Positions 11,186 to 24,419 of a stretch of 64,000 nucleotides of DNA are shown in pieces. Under the pieces are notes generated by a model, which made no database searches, was not told where the DNA came from, and saw nothing but the letters and a program-made list of their open reading frames with translations. Position numbers and translations under genes: made by a program. Every line of letters starts with the position of its first letter. The first letter of the stretch is position 1. The DNA lies in NCBI GenBank assembly GCA_964016885.1, contig OZ024741.1, positions 320,850,001 through 320,914,000 of the forward strand, read 5' to 3'. The stretch comes from Eledone cirrhosa (lineage: Eukaryota).

Positions 11186-13179
11186 CTAAGAGAGAGAGAG
11201 GGAAGGTTTACTTACCTCCCGGGTCTTGTGAAGGTCGGGTGGTTCGACCTCCATGGTTGGTGGGGTTTCTTTTGGGAACCCCTTTAAAAGTCTTGATGTG
11301 GGTTTCACATTCGGGGTTCCCACGTCTTGAGGAAAGCTCTCTCGAATTTCTTTGAAGGAATTGAGTGACATTCGGACCAGAAGCAAATCTTCTGGCACGC
11401 AAAATGTGCTCATTTCAAAAATCTCCCCATCTGTTTGAATGTCCTCGCTTCGCGCTAAGAGGGCCATCAGTTTATCGTTGGCCCTTCTGACAAGCACGAA
11501 GTTTTTAACATTTTGTTGGCGTGGTTTTATTTGTTTTCGTTTGGGTGAAGGTGGTGGCGATGGTTTTGGTGGTGTTGTTTCGGGTATGTCTATGTTTGTT
11601 GTAGGTGTGGTGTCTGCAATTTCAGGTATTTGTGTGTTTATTTGTACTTGTGTTTGTTTAGGTTGTTTGCGTTTCGGGGATTGTGGAGGTGGTGTCGATG
11701 TTGCTGTTGGTGATGATGTTATTGGGGAAGTGTTTGCTTTAGTGGTGTCTGTATTTTTTGTTGTGTGTGTTTTTGTGTTTTGTTGGGGCTTTTTTTTGGG
11801 GGGGGGGGTGAGTTTTCTCTGTTTTTTTGCACTTTTGGGTTTTCCTTCATCTTCGCTGCTGGAAGACAAAGGGTCTGTGTCTGTGAGTGTCTCTGTGTCT
11901 GTGTGTGCGTTTATTGTTTTGTCTATGTGTATAATTGGGGGTGGGGGGTAGGGGGAGTGGGAGAGCTTTCCTCGTTTTCTCCTTGGATTGGTTTTGGTGT
12001 TGGTGGTGATACGGCTGCTTTTGATGTTGGTGTCCGTGTTTTTGTTGATGTTGTTTTTGGTGGTGGTGGTGGTGCAGCTTTCCGTGCTGACACTGGCGTT
12101 GGCAACAAAGGAGGTTTGCGACCCCCTGCATTTTTGCGCTGAGGGCAGAAGGCTTGAAGATGCGTTGCTTCCCCGCAAACGAAGCAGCGTGGCCTTCTTC
12201 CGTCAATCATTAGTTGGATTGTTGTCCCGTCCTGCAGGCGGGCAAAATCCGGGATGTTATTCATATCCTCCGGTTTCATTTGGAGAAGAATCTCCAAATC
12301 CATTCCGGACCAGTCCTCTCTCTCTGTCCTTTTGATGTCCAGGAGGGTAGTGTCTGTCCCCTCCTCGATTACGCATCCCAGCAGCCACCATATGTTCATT
12401 CCTGGTGGGATGCTGGGAATGCGTACCTTCACTGTCCTTTTACCCATATAGAACGGATGCATGATAATGCGTTCCGTTCTGCAGGGGGTCACCGAGTGCT
12501 TAATAACGAGGGCCTCGGTTTTGAACAGTACCGAGATGGTACCGAACTGTTTGCCTCTTGCTTTGTACTCTATGTTACTTCCGATGTACTCCAAAGCAGC
12601 CTCTACCTCTGCTTGGCTTGCAAGTTCCACTTTTCGTGTCTGCACCGAAATACATCGAAAGAGCACCGTCCTCCTTTGCATGGCCGCTATTGCCCCGTCC
12701 GGGATGGTCAGGTTTGCCCAGGACTTCTCCCGTTTAATTAGCCTCCACGCTTTGGCCAACTGTTCGTCTTTATCGCTAATATCAATATCAATATTCAATA
12801 AGCGCTTTGTTTTTGCTGCTGCTGCAGCAAATGTGGTGTTTCTGATGCTCTTATTGTTGTTGTTGTCATTCTTGCTGTTGCCACCGTCATCCTTGTTTAC
12901 ATTGAAGCTGTCGATGTTATTGTCGTTATTGCTCTGAGTTGTTGTTGTGGTGGTGGTGGTGGTGGCGGTGGTGGTGGCGGTGGTGGTGATGTCGTTTTCA
13001 GATGATACTGCTGCTATGGCAGAAGGTTGTGATGGTAGCTTTTGAGTGTTGCCTTCACATTCAGTAGAGTGGATGACAGGCATGACTGTAGCCGTCGTAG
13101 TCGTGGTGAAATCTGCAGTGGCTGCCTTTAAACTTTTGACCTGAACGTTGTTTACCATTGTAAGGTCGAAAATTTCCAT
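11186..13179 (-). pseudogene. LINE ORF1 (gag-like, CCHC zinc knuckle, long T/P/K-rich tail), frameshifted near 11950
   Basis: CFVCGEATHLQAFC knuckle in ORF 11923-13179; continues in the frame of ORF 11186-12178 across G-runs; stop lies 9 nt upstream of the ORF2 ATG. Confidence 0.8.
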
Positions 13180-13499
13180 AATTTTCTTTTGGTGGGGAAG
13201 CGATTTTTTTCGAAGTTTTTAAAAATAAATCTGAATATTTGGGCTTAAAGCCCGAATATTGAGAGGTATCCCTCTCTTTAAATCAAGATGTGTACCTTAA
13301 GTTTCGTTAATGACAAGAAAATACAGAAAAAAAGACACTTTAAAACAGCTTAAAGTTACGAACCTTTTCCCTCGCAGATTTGTACTGTCTTCACACATGT
13401 GCAGCCATAATAATAATAATAATAATTCATAAAACATTAGGGCTGTAGAGTCTAAACTGAAAAATACATATGCGATAAACACAAATTTGCTACAAATAT

Positions 13500-14700
13500 C
13501 AAAGCCGTTTGTCCGGTAGCAAAATTACACTATTATAACTAAAACCTTTATCTTTTCCTTTCCTTTCATGTCGGATCATGTAAAATAGTCGGCAAATATA
13601 CGATGAACAGTTATGACATATATATATATGTGTATGCATGTGTGCATGCATGTATGTCTATCATTATCGTTCATCAACACATTTTTTCATGCACAGAGCC
13701 TCGTTAGCAAAGCATTGTAATAGATGCTTTCCCAAAATCAACTACATAGATTTGAGGTTGACTCTGTCCCCTTCGAACATTTATGAAAATGTATTAATAA
13801 AGAAATAGATTCATCATGAAGCATCATTCGCGGCTGATGTGAAAATTACACAGAAGAAAATACATTATATGTATGTATAGAATATGTTCTTTCCGTTGAA
13901 AACGTAGGAAAACGTTAGTTCTTGATTTTGAATGAGTCAACTAATATTACTCGTAAAACGTATCTATCTTTTTATGTTAATACTGTTACAATAACAGAGA
14001 CATAGCATCAAATTCTTGGGACATTAATAATTCTCTCTACATGCTAATGAATTTCGATAATTCAAAATTTTTTCTGATAAAATGCATTTGCCACTCCCTC
14101 TCTATTTGGCATGGTCCCATGATGCAGAATCATTACATTCTACCATCGGCTATCTGTTAAAAGGAACTTACTCAAAATTCCATCACTGCTCTGCAAAGAA
14201 CCGTATATGAAAATATATAAATAAATCAACGATGGCGTGGAACCATTGAAAATTATTTCCCTTCTAGCCAGAAGCTGGTTAGCGAGATATAATAACGTAA
14301 AAAGAATTAGCGACAAAATGGGTTAAAATTATGTTTTCAAATGACATCTATTTATGACAACTATTATCAAGAGAATTATACGTTATACACTCAGTTGCAA
14401 CTAATGAACTTTATTTATCATTCATGAAACCTGCGCTGGGTGAATTGGAAAAAATTAATTTACTGTTCCAGAACAAAATGGCGGATCACTATATCTTAGA
14501 CAAGCTGTGTAGTTTTGCATTGTCAAGGCTTGCAAGTATTTTGTAACTTCAATATGTCAATATCAAAACGTATTTATACATTGAGCCACAATACCTCCCA
14601 ATTGAAAAACACATATTTGGATAGGGCGAGTTCTACAATATTTTGGCTAGTAAAATTTCATCAAAACTAATTTAAAATTTCCCAAGAATAATAAAACACT
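13500..14700 (+). mobile_element. Possible highly decayed hAT-like transposase relic
   Basis: Only fragmentary similarity by eye (region near 14140-14260 resembles TRWLS..QW..LK.YF); no intact ORF. Confidence 0.25.
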
Positions 14701-14899
14701 GTACAAAACACGTCTCTCTAAGTCTCTCTAGAAAGTCTTCAAAGTGGTTGTACTGCCTAACTGATATATTAACGTCATAGTTTCACTTTACTAGAAACGT
14801 TGCTGCGTCAGGACAAAAGAAAATGGAAGTAATAAGAGTTTCCACGTCATGTCATATGTATGCCAGGGTTGTGTACTGTTCCTGTTCTAGTTCTTGGAT

Positions 14900-15300
14900 T
14901 TCATTACGAAGTACTCTAGAGATATACGACCTCAAATGGAGATAGGGAAGACTCCCCTTTGAGTTCGTCGACGATCTGAGACACGGACATTAGTTTCAGG
15001 AACAGACACTCAAATGTTGATCTTCGGATCAGCTTTGAAAAGACGCAAATTATTATTATTACAACAATACAGCAGCATCTAATCTGGTTGGAGGACAATA
15101 CACCGAAGAGCATTGACTATTGTACATACCTGGGCACTAACAACGCTGACAATGGCAACTCAAAAACTGGTCTGAAGAAACTTGTCAAAATTACAGCTGT
15201 CTTTCAGCGTCTTAAATCTGTATAGTACAACTTATCCATCAACCAAAGCACTAAACTCCGCCTGTAAATGTAAACCGCATTGTATGAGGTGAACCATATC
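14900..15300 (+). mobile_element. Decayed RTE-like RT thumb fragment
   Basis: Translations such as 'CTYLGT' and 'STKLRL' typical of the RTE post-RT region; many stops. Confidence 0.4.
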
Positions 15301-16181
15301 TCTCAAATCATGTTTGGAGGCATGGGACTGATCTGCGACAATATCGTGACAGGGGTTGTGACTAGACTGAGTGGAGATTTTTGTCTCCCGGTTGTTAACA
15401 GAGAGTGGATTGAAGAAAGTAATATGTAAGCTTTATTTTTTAACGAGCATGCCACGCACCGTTTAACTGTGTATCTAGAAATATTGAAACTCTTCGAAAC
15501 ATTGAACAATTTTCTCTCAGGATTTTTTTAAATCATATTCAACCATCTCTTGTAGTCATTTTCTACCTTTGGTTGATCAGCATAGAATGGAAAACCAGAG
15601 ACCTACTTCATGGAAAAAGTGTATTCCCTGCAACAAATCCTGTTGATAAGTCAGAGATTTAATGTAAAATAGGAAGACATATCGCATTTGAAGAATAGCG
15701 GGCCACTGATAAGGTCAATGGTTGAATGCGAGCTTTCAAGAGTAACCTACTCTAAAACCCAACTATGTAGAATAGAATTGGATCTACTTTTGTCAATAGT
15801 AAATCTAAAATTTAAAATTAAAAGTGACGATGATTTTACACCTAGCGGGACAATACCGAAGCACTACTGGAGCATCTACAGAATGTGAAAATAAATAGAG
15901 AAAAAGATAATTAAATTTTTGATATATTATATTTTAATCTTTAAAGCTGCTAATCCTATTGAATATTACATTAAATTATCAGCTAACTAAATTAGAAGCG
16001 ACAGACAGGCAACCTTGGTATATATATAGGGGAAGGGTGAGAATTTTTGAAAAATTAAAATACAAGTAATGGAGAGTGTGCTTATTTTGTCTTTAATTTA
16101 CTAGGAAATTAATAATTTTCAAAATCATTTTAAGAAATTCCGTTACTTTGGGGAAATATGTACACACACGCATACACATAC

Positions 16182-16230
<49 letters not shown>

Positions 16231-16816
16231 AGTGTCTGTGTGTGTAGAGAGAGAGAGACAGATAGACAGATCCTTATCGAGCCCTCTTTGGATTTTAGTC
16301 TTCAAATTTATTATTATTACTATATATATATATGTGTGTATAAATATATATATTAGTATTTGTTGCGTGTAAATGTATGCATATACAGTAGACATATACG
16401 AGATAGCAGCTGTGTTTGTGTAGATATGTGCCTCTCGGTGTCAAAAAATTAAAATGTTCTCTATATCACATTAGATAACTGTTAATAACAGTCTCACAGC
16501 AAGTAACTATTTTTTCCGTTTAGCTTATTTAATTGTCGACATCGTTGCATTGCCTTATATGTATTGGAAATTGAAATTTGGGAGGATATTAACTGTGTTA
16601 TGTGAATTAAAGATGGGTTCCTCATTGGCTTCTTTTAAAATTATACTCTTGCAAATCTCCTGCGATTCTCCACACGAAAATTTAATATCAATGCTCTTCA
16701 TTGTGTAGACAATACATTCTTTTCATTCTTTTGTCGGTGTGGGATATTGTATTACAAATGAAAGTGCCGACTATGAAGTCGACCTGAAAAATGCACTTAA
16801 CAATATATATATAATA

Positions 16817-16865
<49 letters not shown>

Positions 16866-17395
16866 TGTGTGTGCGTGTGTGTGTGTGTGTGTGTCTGTGT
16901 GTGTGTGTGTGTGTGTGTATTTATATGTATACATATATATACTGTATATATCTATACATATATATACACATATATATATATGTCTTTTTCTCTAAAGAGA
17001 ATATATATATGAGGTTTACATATATATATATATATGAGGTCTACGTTGAGGATATTTGTATCAACATTAAGATTTGGTCGTACATTTCCAGTGTTTTCCT
17101 TTAGAGAAAAAGACATATATATATATATAAAACATTTCTTTTTTTTATAACATATTCGTAAGTGAATTATAATAACTAACGTGCTAGAGAAAACAATTTT
17201 CGTTATGAAAAAATATTTTCTTCGTCAGCGCATTTATCGACTATAAACGTATTATATGTTTTCATATACACCACTATTATACTTAAACGCTGCCTTAGTG
17301 CTACTACCAATTATGAATATACACGTATTATACATTATCATAAATGTTTTCATACACACCTCTATTATTTTTAAACGCTGTCTGAATGCTACGGC

Positions 17396-17437
<42 letters not shown>

Positions 17438-17456
17438 GAGGTATGTATGTATATAT

Positions 17457-17503
<47 letters not shown>

Positions 17504-17769
17504 TATGGTGTATATACATATGCATTCATGCACACACACATATTTATGTTTTTGTGTGCGAGTGTGTGCGGTGTGTGTGTATGTATTACATAAACTAAGA
17601 GAAATACATACATACATACATACATACATGCATACATACATACATACATACATACATACATACATACATACATACATACATACATACATGCATACATACA
17701 TACATACATACATACATACATACATACATACATACATACATACATACATACATACATAACGTTACTACC

Positions 17770-18545
17770 TTTCCATGAAGTATGATGTCATATTTTGAAC
17801 GATCTGGAATGCATTACTGAAGACGAAAATAAAATAAAATTGGGAGTAATATGTTGAGATTGATGGTTTAAAGGTATACTGATGGAATCTAAATTCAAAC
17901 ACCACCACCATATTAAAGTACAGTCTGCGTGATACCTTTGTTTGGGTCTACACATTAAAGAGATACTCTATTTTAGAAATCAGCTGCCCAATAGAAGTGT
18001 AGCTACTGACCAAGAAAAGGAGTATACCTACTGATTATTGATGAAGAGTTTGCAGATCCAGTATCCAGTGTACATGTTCTGATTCATGCTTATCATTATT
18101 GAAGCTACAGGCGGTGGATTGGTAGTATTGGTAGAAGGTCGGACACCATGCTTTGCAGCATAGAGTTACGCCCCTTTACGGTCTGAGTTCAAATCCTGCC
18201 GAGGTTAACTTTGCCTTTCATCCTTACGGGGTCGATAAAATAAAGCACCAGTAATACACTGAGATAATTGCTGGCATTGTGTCAAAAGTTGAAACAATTA
18301 TTATTGAAGCTACAGCTTAGATACAAACCCGCCTGAATTTGAAATTATAGATGCAGAACGTATCTCCTTAATTCAGAAGCTACAAACGACTGTGATATCT
18401 GGAACCTTCAAAATCTGTAAATATTTCTTCCAATTAAAGGAATGAATACTTACACAAGAGACGAGGACATTTCCTTTTCTTTACAACCTTGCCAAAGGGA
18501 AGGCGGCCGAACATAATAAACAAAAAATTAAGAGAGAATAACATA
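17770..18545 (+). mobile_element. Decayed 3' end of R4/Dong-type LINE, interrupted by a SINE
   Basis: Homologous to the RLE region and 3' UTR (ccttgcca..ggaagg(c/t)ggcc) of the 24.4-25.3 kb element; bounded by (TACA)n. Confidence 0.65.
18110..18300 (+). mobile_element. tRNA-derived SINE with ~16-bp target-site duplication
   Basis: Family consensus; attattgaagctacag on both sides (about 18095-18110 and 18300-18315). Confidence 0.9.
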
Positions 18546-18559
18546 CATGCATAAATGCA

Positions 18560-19083
18560 GAAGGCCAGTCAAGCCTGAAATGCATAGACGGTTGTCCCCC
18601 TTGCTTCTGCTGGACATCACCAGAGGGCGTTAGCCGCCGGTGTTTGCATAGCTACGGCTTCCTAAAACCATGTTTCTTTAGAAATACGAAATTTCTATAT
18701 ATATTGATAAAGCTATGCTTGAAGTGAAATTTTATTTCTTTTCTATTATAAGTTGAGTCAACTTATGCAGCTTCATATGCAAATGAGATTAATCACCTCA
18801 TTTACACAGACGAGAAAACTATATATTCTCGACTGTTTTCAAGTCCAGCAGTAGCAAGCGGTGGGAGGGACCGTCCTGAAGAAGGCCAGTCAAGCCTGAA
18901 ATTCATAGACGGTTCTCCCTCTTGCTTCTGCTGGACATCACCAGAGGGCGTTAGCCCCCCCCCCCCCCCCCCCCCCGGTGTTTGCATAGCTACGGCTTCC
19001 TAAAACTGTGTTTCTTTAGAAATACGAAATTTTTATACATTTTTGTATAAAGCTATGCTTGAAGCGAAATCTTATTTCTTTTC
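18560..19083 (+). mobile_element. 321-bp tandem unit (about 1.6 copies), retrozyme-like
   Basis: gaaggccagtcaagcctgaaa at 18560 and 18881; contains a minimal HHR. Confidence 0.8.
18843..18936 (+). ncRNA. Minimal type I hammerhead with long stem I
   Basis: gggagggaccgtc CTGAAGA aggc cagtcaa gcct GAAA t(t/g)ca TA gacggttctccc; outer stem gtccagcagtagcaag/cttgcttctgctggac; the first copy has palindromic ATGCAT in stem III; predicted cleavage after 18907. Confidence 0.85.
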
Positions 19084-19109
19084 AATACATACATATATGC
19101 ATACGTTTA

Positions 19110-20330
19110 CACATATATGCTGGCTGCAAATTCTGCTAAGAGTATTGCAATCACTTGTCAGATTACAGAAAATGGTGTACTTATAGGCTACGGCCAGCGA
19201 CACGAACCTGTAACAGATCATGATAAAGTAATGCCTGTGCTTTGAAGGTTTTTTAAGTGGAGAAAAGCCTTGTACTCGACCAATCCCACTCTCTGAGCAT
19301 CGAAAACACTACCCGAAAAAGAGAACTGGTCAACGAGAAGGAGAACATCATAGCCTTGGCCTGGGCTATGTGAATTAGAATTTTGTCGATGGATATTGTG
19401 ATGATGGCCGTCGTATGCCTATATACAAACCCACCTACCTACCTACCTACCTATCTGCCTACCTGCCTACGTACCTGCATACATACATATATACATACAT
19501 ATATGATTGCTTGTGAGATTATAGAGTTTGGTGCACTTTTAGGCTACGACCAGCCACACGAACCTGTAACATATCCTGAACTAGCAATGCCTGTGCTTTG
19601 AAAGTTTTAAGTGGGGAAAGGCCTTGCACTCGACCAATCCCACTCTCTTAGTATCGAAAGCACTACCCGAAAAGGAGAACTGGTCAACATCATCGGATGC
19701 TTCCGAAATCGCAGGGGGTTTTTTCAGAGTTTCCCTCTCTTAGAAAGGTGTTGTGACAACAACTGAGGGCCTCTCGCTCCCAAGTAAAAAAAAACAAAAA
19801 AACGTATACACATATATACACACATACATACAACATACATACATACTTACATACATGATGATGGCTGCCCCTTTGTTATCGAGTATGGCCATTGCACGAT
19901 ATACCATCAGTAATAATTATTAATTAATTCTATCGTGCAATGCCTGTGCGTGAAGATATGTTTTAAAGTGAGGAAAGACTGTGCACTGAGCCAATCCCAC
20001 ATTCTGAGCAACAGTAGCTATAACCCGAAAAGAAGAAAAGATCACCATCATCGGCAACTACTGAGCCACAGGTTTTATGTCGGAATTATCCCAGTTTCCT
20101 GAGTTGCCTTCTCCTAGGAGTATGCCCTGACAAAGGCTAGGGGTCCTTCACTCCCAGTGGTTTAACCGCGTGATCGGGTATCCAGCCCGACAATTTCTAT
20201 GTCCCCGCGCATATACATACACATGCACATATGCATATACACATATACATATACATACATATGTACATATATACACATATACATATACATACACATTGGA
20301 TGGCCGTTGACTCTTATGAGTTCTTCCGCA
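19110..20330 (-). mobile_element. Three copies or fragments of an RTE-related non-autonomous retroelement in (TACA)n
   Basis: Shared caatgcctgtgc..ccaatcccact..ctacccgaaaag blocks at about 19110-19360, 19500-19790 and 19855-20330; homologous to 31495-32025. Confidence 0.7.
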
Positions 20331-20930
20331 TACATACATGCATGCATACATTTATATATATTAGCAGAATATTCGGTGTTACTCAGACTCAATATACGTT
20401 AAAACCTAACATTCTTTTTGAAGTCGTATTCTAAAAGTTACTTTTCGTGTACAAAATGAAATAGTTTTCTATTAAGTTTAGTCATGTCTCTAGCGCCTTG
20501 TGATTCAGATACACATTCATATGGAAAGTAGATTATATAAACTAATGGTAGAAATCTAATCAAGTAATTCATATGAATTAAATAAGAACACAATATCATG
20601 TAAACGTAAAAGTAATTTAACTTAATTTGAAACTCATATAGTTTGTCTCTTGTTTCTTGAATTTAATTTTTAATGGATGTAGAGTAGGATATTAGTATGT
20701 AAAGCAATTATAAAAATAAAATCTTTCGTTAATGTGTACCTGAAGAACATGCATACATGAAATAAACTTGTGGTTTCAGCAAGGAGGTGAAAGTAGAAAG
20801 GTTAGCAATAGCGACGTACGAAAGAAAGTGAGGAGGTGAGAGAGTTACGTTGATTAGGAAAAATATTTTGAAGCATTTCCAGAAGAGATTACACATATAC
20901 ACACAAATAATTTAATATGTAATTAATAAT

Positions 20931-21060
<130 letters not shown>

Positions 21061-21076
21061 TGTGTGCGTGCGTGTA

Positions 21077-21120
<44 letters not shown>

Positions 21121-21304
21121 TGTGTGTGTGCGTGTATGTGTGTGTGTGTGCGTGTGTGTGTGTGTGTGTGCGTGTGTGTGTGCGTGTATGTGTGCGTGTA
21201 TGTGTGCGTGTGTGTGTATACCAGTGAGTGACTCCCGGGTTCAATCGGGGATAATTACAGTAAGATTCTCAATACATTGTGAGTGTAGACATCATGTTTA
21301 ATAT

Positions 21305-21411
21305 AGAAATGGCTTCTGCAGGATTAGAACTGTTTCATTCAAAAGAAATCATCAGGAAAACCCTGATGATTTCTTTTGAATGAAACAGTTCTAGTTCGGT
21401 AGAAGCTATTG

Positions 21412-21413
<2 letters not shown>
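21305..21413. ncRNA. Head-to-head pair of ~55-nt solo hammerheads
   Basis: Plus: cc CTGATGA tttc tttt gaat GAAA cagttctagttcgg TA gaagc; the mirror copy at 21305-21358 has U16.1 changed to C. Confidence 0.7.
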
Positions 21414-21454
<41 letters not shown>

Positions 21455-21497
21455 CATACTTATATATATATATATATACATACATATATATATATAT

Positions 21498-21581
<84 letters not shown>

Positions 21582-21585
<4 letters not shown>

Positions 21586-22357
21586 TAAGTCATGTCCTTA
21601 GAATTATTAGATAAAATATATACCATTTCCTCTCCCAATTAGCAGAATTAACCATATAAAAAAATCAATTAGACCAGGCTATAAGAATAAAGTCTCCTAT
21701 GAAGAAATATTTGATAAATAACAGAAAGCGGCCTCTTCGCGGTTACCCCAATAGAGTATTTACCCAACATTTCAACAGCATGTAGAAACTAACTAAATAT
21801 ACCGTCAACCATACACAATTAGGTGTAAATTTAAACTTAGAAGAAACGTGTAAATACCGTAATTACATCTCTACCATGGTTTCGTCCGTATTTTTAGATA
21901 TCCTACTGTTAAGGATGAACCTAGAGTAACAGACTCTTCAGGAGACAAACTCAGTTGGACAGTTAATTTTCCAAAGCGATCGCGCCAAAAATAGATTCAA
22001 AAATGGCTAAGAATCGTGACTTGGCAGTGGTCAAGTTAGAAAGAATGTGATTAGTTTCTTACGGCGGGTAGGCTGGTTGCTAGAAAGCGCAGCCCAATAT
22101 CGCCCAATTGCATCTCAACCCAACTGGGATTATTAAATATAAAGATTTACATATACGTAAAGTCACAGATATATATGTGGCAACCGGTCACGTTGTGGCT
22201 CAATGAAGAATTAATAAATTAAATAATCAGAGCAATATATCATAAATCATGTCCTTAGAATTATTAGATAAAATATATACCATTTCCTCTCCCAATTAGC
22301 ATAATTAACCATATAAAAAAATCAATTAGACCAGGCTATAAGAATAAAGGCTCCTAT
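21582..22357 (-). mobile_element. 657-bp unit with ~118-bp terminal redundancy, hammerhead-bearing, in (TA)n
   Basis: catgtccttagaattattag...ctcctat at 21591 and 22248; no ORF; (TA)n on both sides. Confidence 0.8.
21867..21946 (-). ncRNA. Type I hammerhead ribozyme, canonical core, extended stem II, palindromic stem III
   Basis: Minus: gtctc CTGAAGA gtctgt...acggac GAAA ccatgg TA gagat; G10.1-C11.1 pair present; GUA site. Confidence 0.88.
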
Positions 22358-22754
22358 ATATATATATATAGCATGGCCTCAGCCGGATGGCTGAAACAGG
22401 TAAAAGAGTAAAAGAGTATACGTCTGTTTGTGTGTGTGTGTTTATAAATACTTTACTATTTGACAGGGCAATAGAGAAATTGTGATTCTATACTTGATAT
22501 ATATATAGAACCATCCATCACCAGATTGCACTATAATCTTGGTAACGTTTATACCATGGAGACATCGCCAATTTTTATCCAGTTTAAAAGAAGCATATAC
22601 AGTGTGTTTCCATGTGTGTGCGTGTCCAGAAATTCTTTCTGAATAATCCAGTCGCTGTAGTTAGTTATGTAAAAACTTTAGCTATGTATTTGACGTCTTA
22701 AACTTATAAAATTGAGATGGATTAAGCACATTTGTCTTGATACGACAAAAGTAT

Positions 22755-22786
<32 letters not shown>

Positions 22787-23654
22787 TGTATGTATGTATG
22801 TATGTATGTATGTATGTATGTGTGAGTGTATGTATGTGTATAGGTATGCATGTGTGTGTATGTATTTATGCATGCATGAATGCATGTATGTATGTATGCA
22901 TGTATGTATGTATGGGTGTTTGTGGATGTATATATATAAGAATGAATTACTAAAGTTATAAACTGACTATACATATATGTGTATACGTATATGTATATAC
23001 ATATATCTATATACATATATATATATATGTGTGTGTGTGTGTATGTGTGTGTATTTATGTTTGTGTGCATGTATGTTCTGAAAGTGCGTGTGTGTATGTG
23101 ACTTTCAAGTAATTATTCACAGTTAATTTTCTGTCTGGCTGTAAAATAAGAATCTCTTATAATATTTATTCACTCTCAATAATTGTTAGATTAAATTAGA
23201 AAATTAGTTACTAATTACTATTACTATTTTAAAACTAAGTCGCAACTCTATTTGCAATTACTTCATCATCCCTAACCAAATATGTTCAGTTCTAATTATT
23301 GAAAGTTCAAATGTATTCACATCTAGAAGGGATAATTACTCAATAAGGACTCGTGTGAAGGAGCGAACCTTTGGGTTGAAATGAGAAGCGTAAACAATGT
23401 TCAGTGTTTCTCTTTACACAGTACCATATAAGAATTTGTTCTTATACTTGCATTCATTCCATAGATATTTGTGAATTCATAATGGTATACTTATCTTTAT
23501 GAAGCGGTGTACGAAGGAATATTAAAAGCGTAAATATATATGTGTGTGGGGGGGTGCGCGCGTGTGTGTGTGTGTGTTTGTGTGTGTGTGTATACACATA
23601 TATATATATATTATACATATATACATATATATGTATTAAAGAGAGAGAGAGAGC

Positions 23655-23735
<81 letters not shown>

Positions 23736-23759
23736 TGTATATAACGTGTGCCTCCAATA

Positions 23760-24410
23760 ATGATAGGTATGAAGCAGAACATGTATCTTTGATACTAGAT
23801 CTGCAAACTCTTCATCAATGATCAGTAGGTACACTCCTTCTCTTGACATCAAATGTACAACAAAGCATGGTTTTAATATATTGTTCCAAACAAGAATATC
23901 AGGCCGGTTGTGCTTCAATTTAATGACGGTGTTCTTTTCCACCAGTAATCCTTTGAGCTATCAGTCTCAACATATTCCTCCTTATTTGATTTTATCTTCG
24001 TCTTCTGTAACACATTCCACATTGTACTAGCTATCACATTTTACTTCATGAGGAGGTAGTAACGGATTCTTTCAGAGTTGGCAATAATATAGTTAACATC
24101 TTTTGTCTTTTTTGCACAGTCTACTTTTATTCTCAGCTGATGACCTTCCTCTTTTCTGTACTACGTACTTGGCGGGGATTTCTTATTCATGGTTTGTAAG
24201 GGGGTGGGGGTATGTTATGATTTTGTCGGAGCACCATGCCAAGCTTTTAGTATAGTTTATACCCTCTATGGTCGGTGTTTTTTGTCCCAAGTACCCGTTT
24301 ACAATCTTCTTATTGAATTAGTCCATTTCTTTTTTTTTTTTAATATTGAGTAGAGTCTTCCAATGTTCCCGGGAGAAAGATTTATTTCAGCTTCTATGTC
24401 ATGTTCCTCC
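23760..24410 (-). mobile_element. Decayed R4/Dong-type LINE RLE fragment
   Basis: KLKHNRPDILVWN in ORF 23454-23942; parallels the adjacent element. Confidence 0.7.
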
Positions 24411-24419
24411 TATGTCAGT

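Larger units (their letters stand above)
7606..13290 (-). mobile_element. Near full-length L1/Tx1-clade LINE, disabled by frameshifts and deletions
   Basis: ORF1 with zinc knuckle, then ORF2 APE-RT-zf, 3' UTR with AATAAA (7657-7662) and (CTT)n tail at 7606-7647; the 5' boundary is approximate. Confidence 0.92.
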
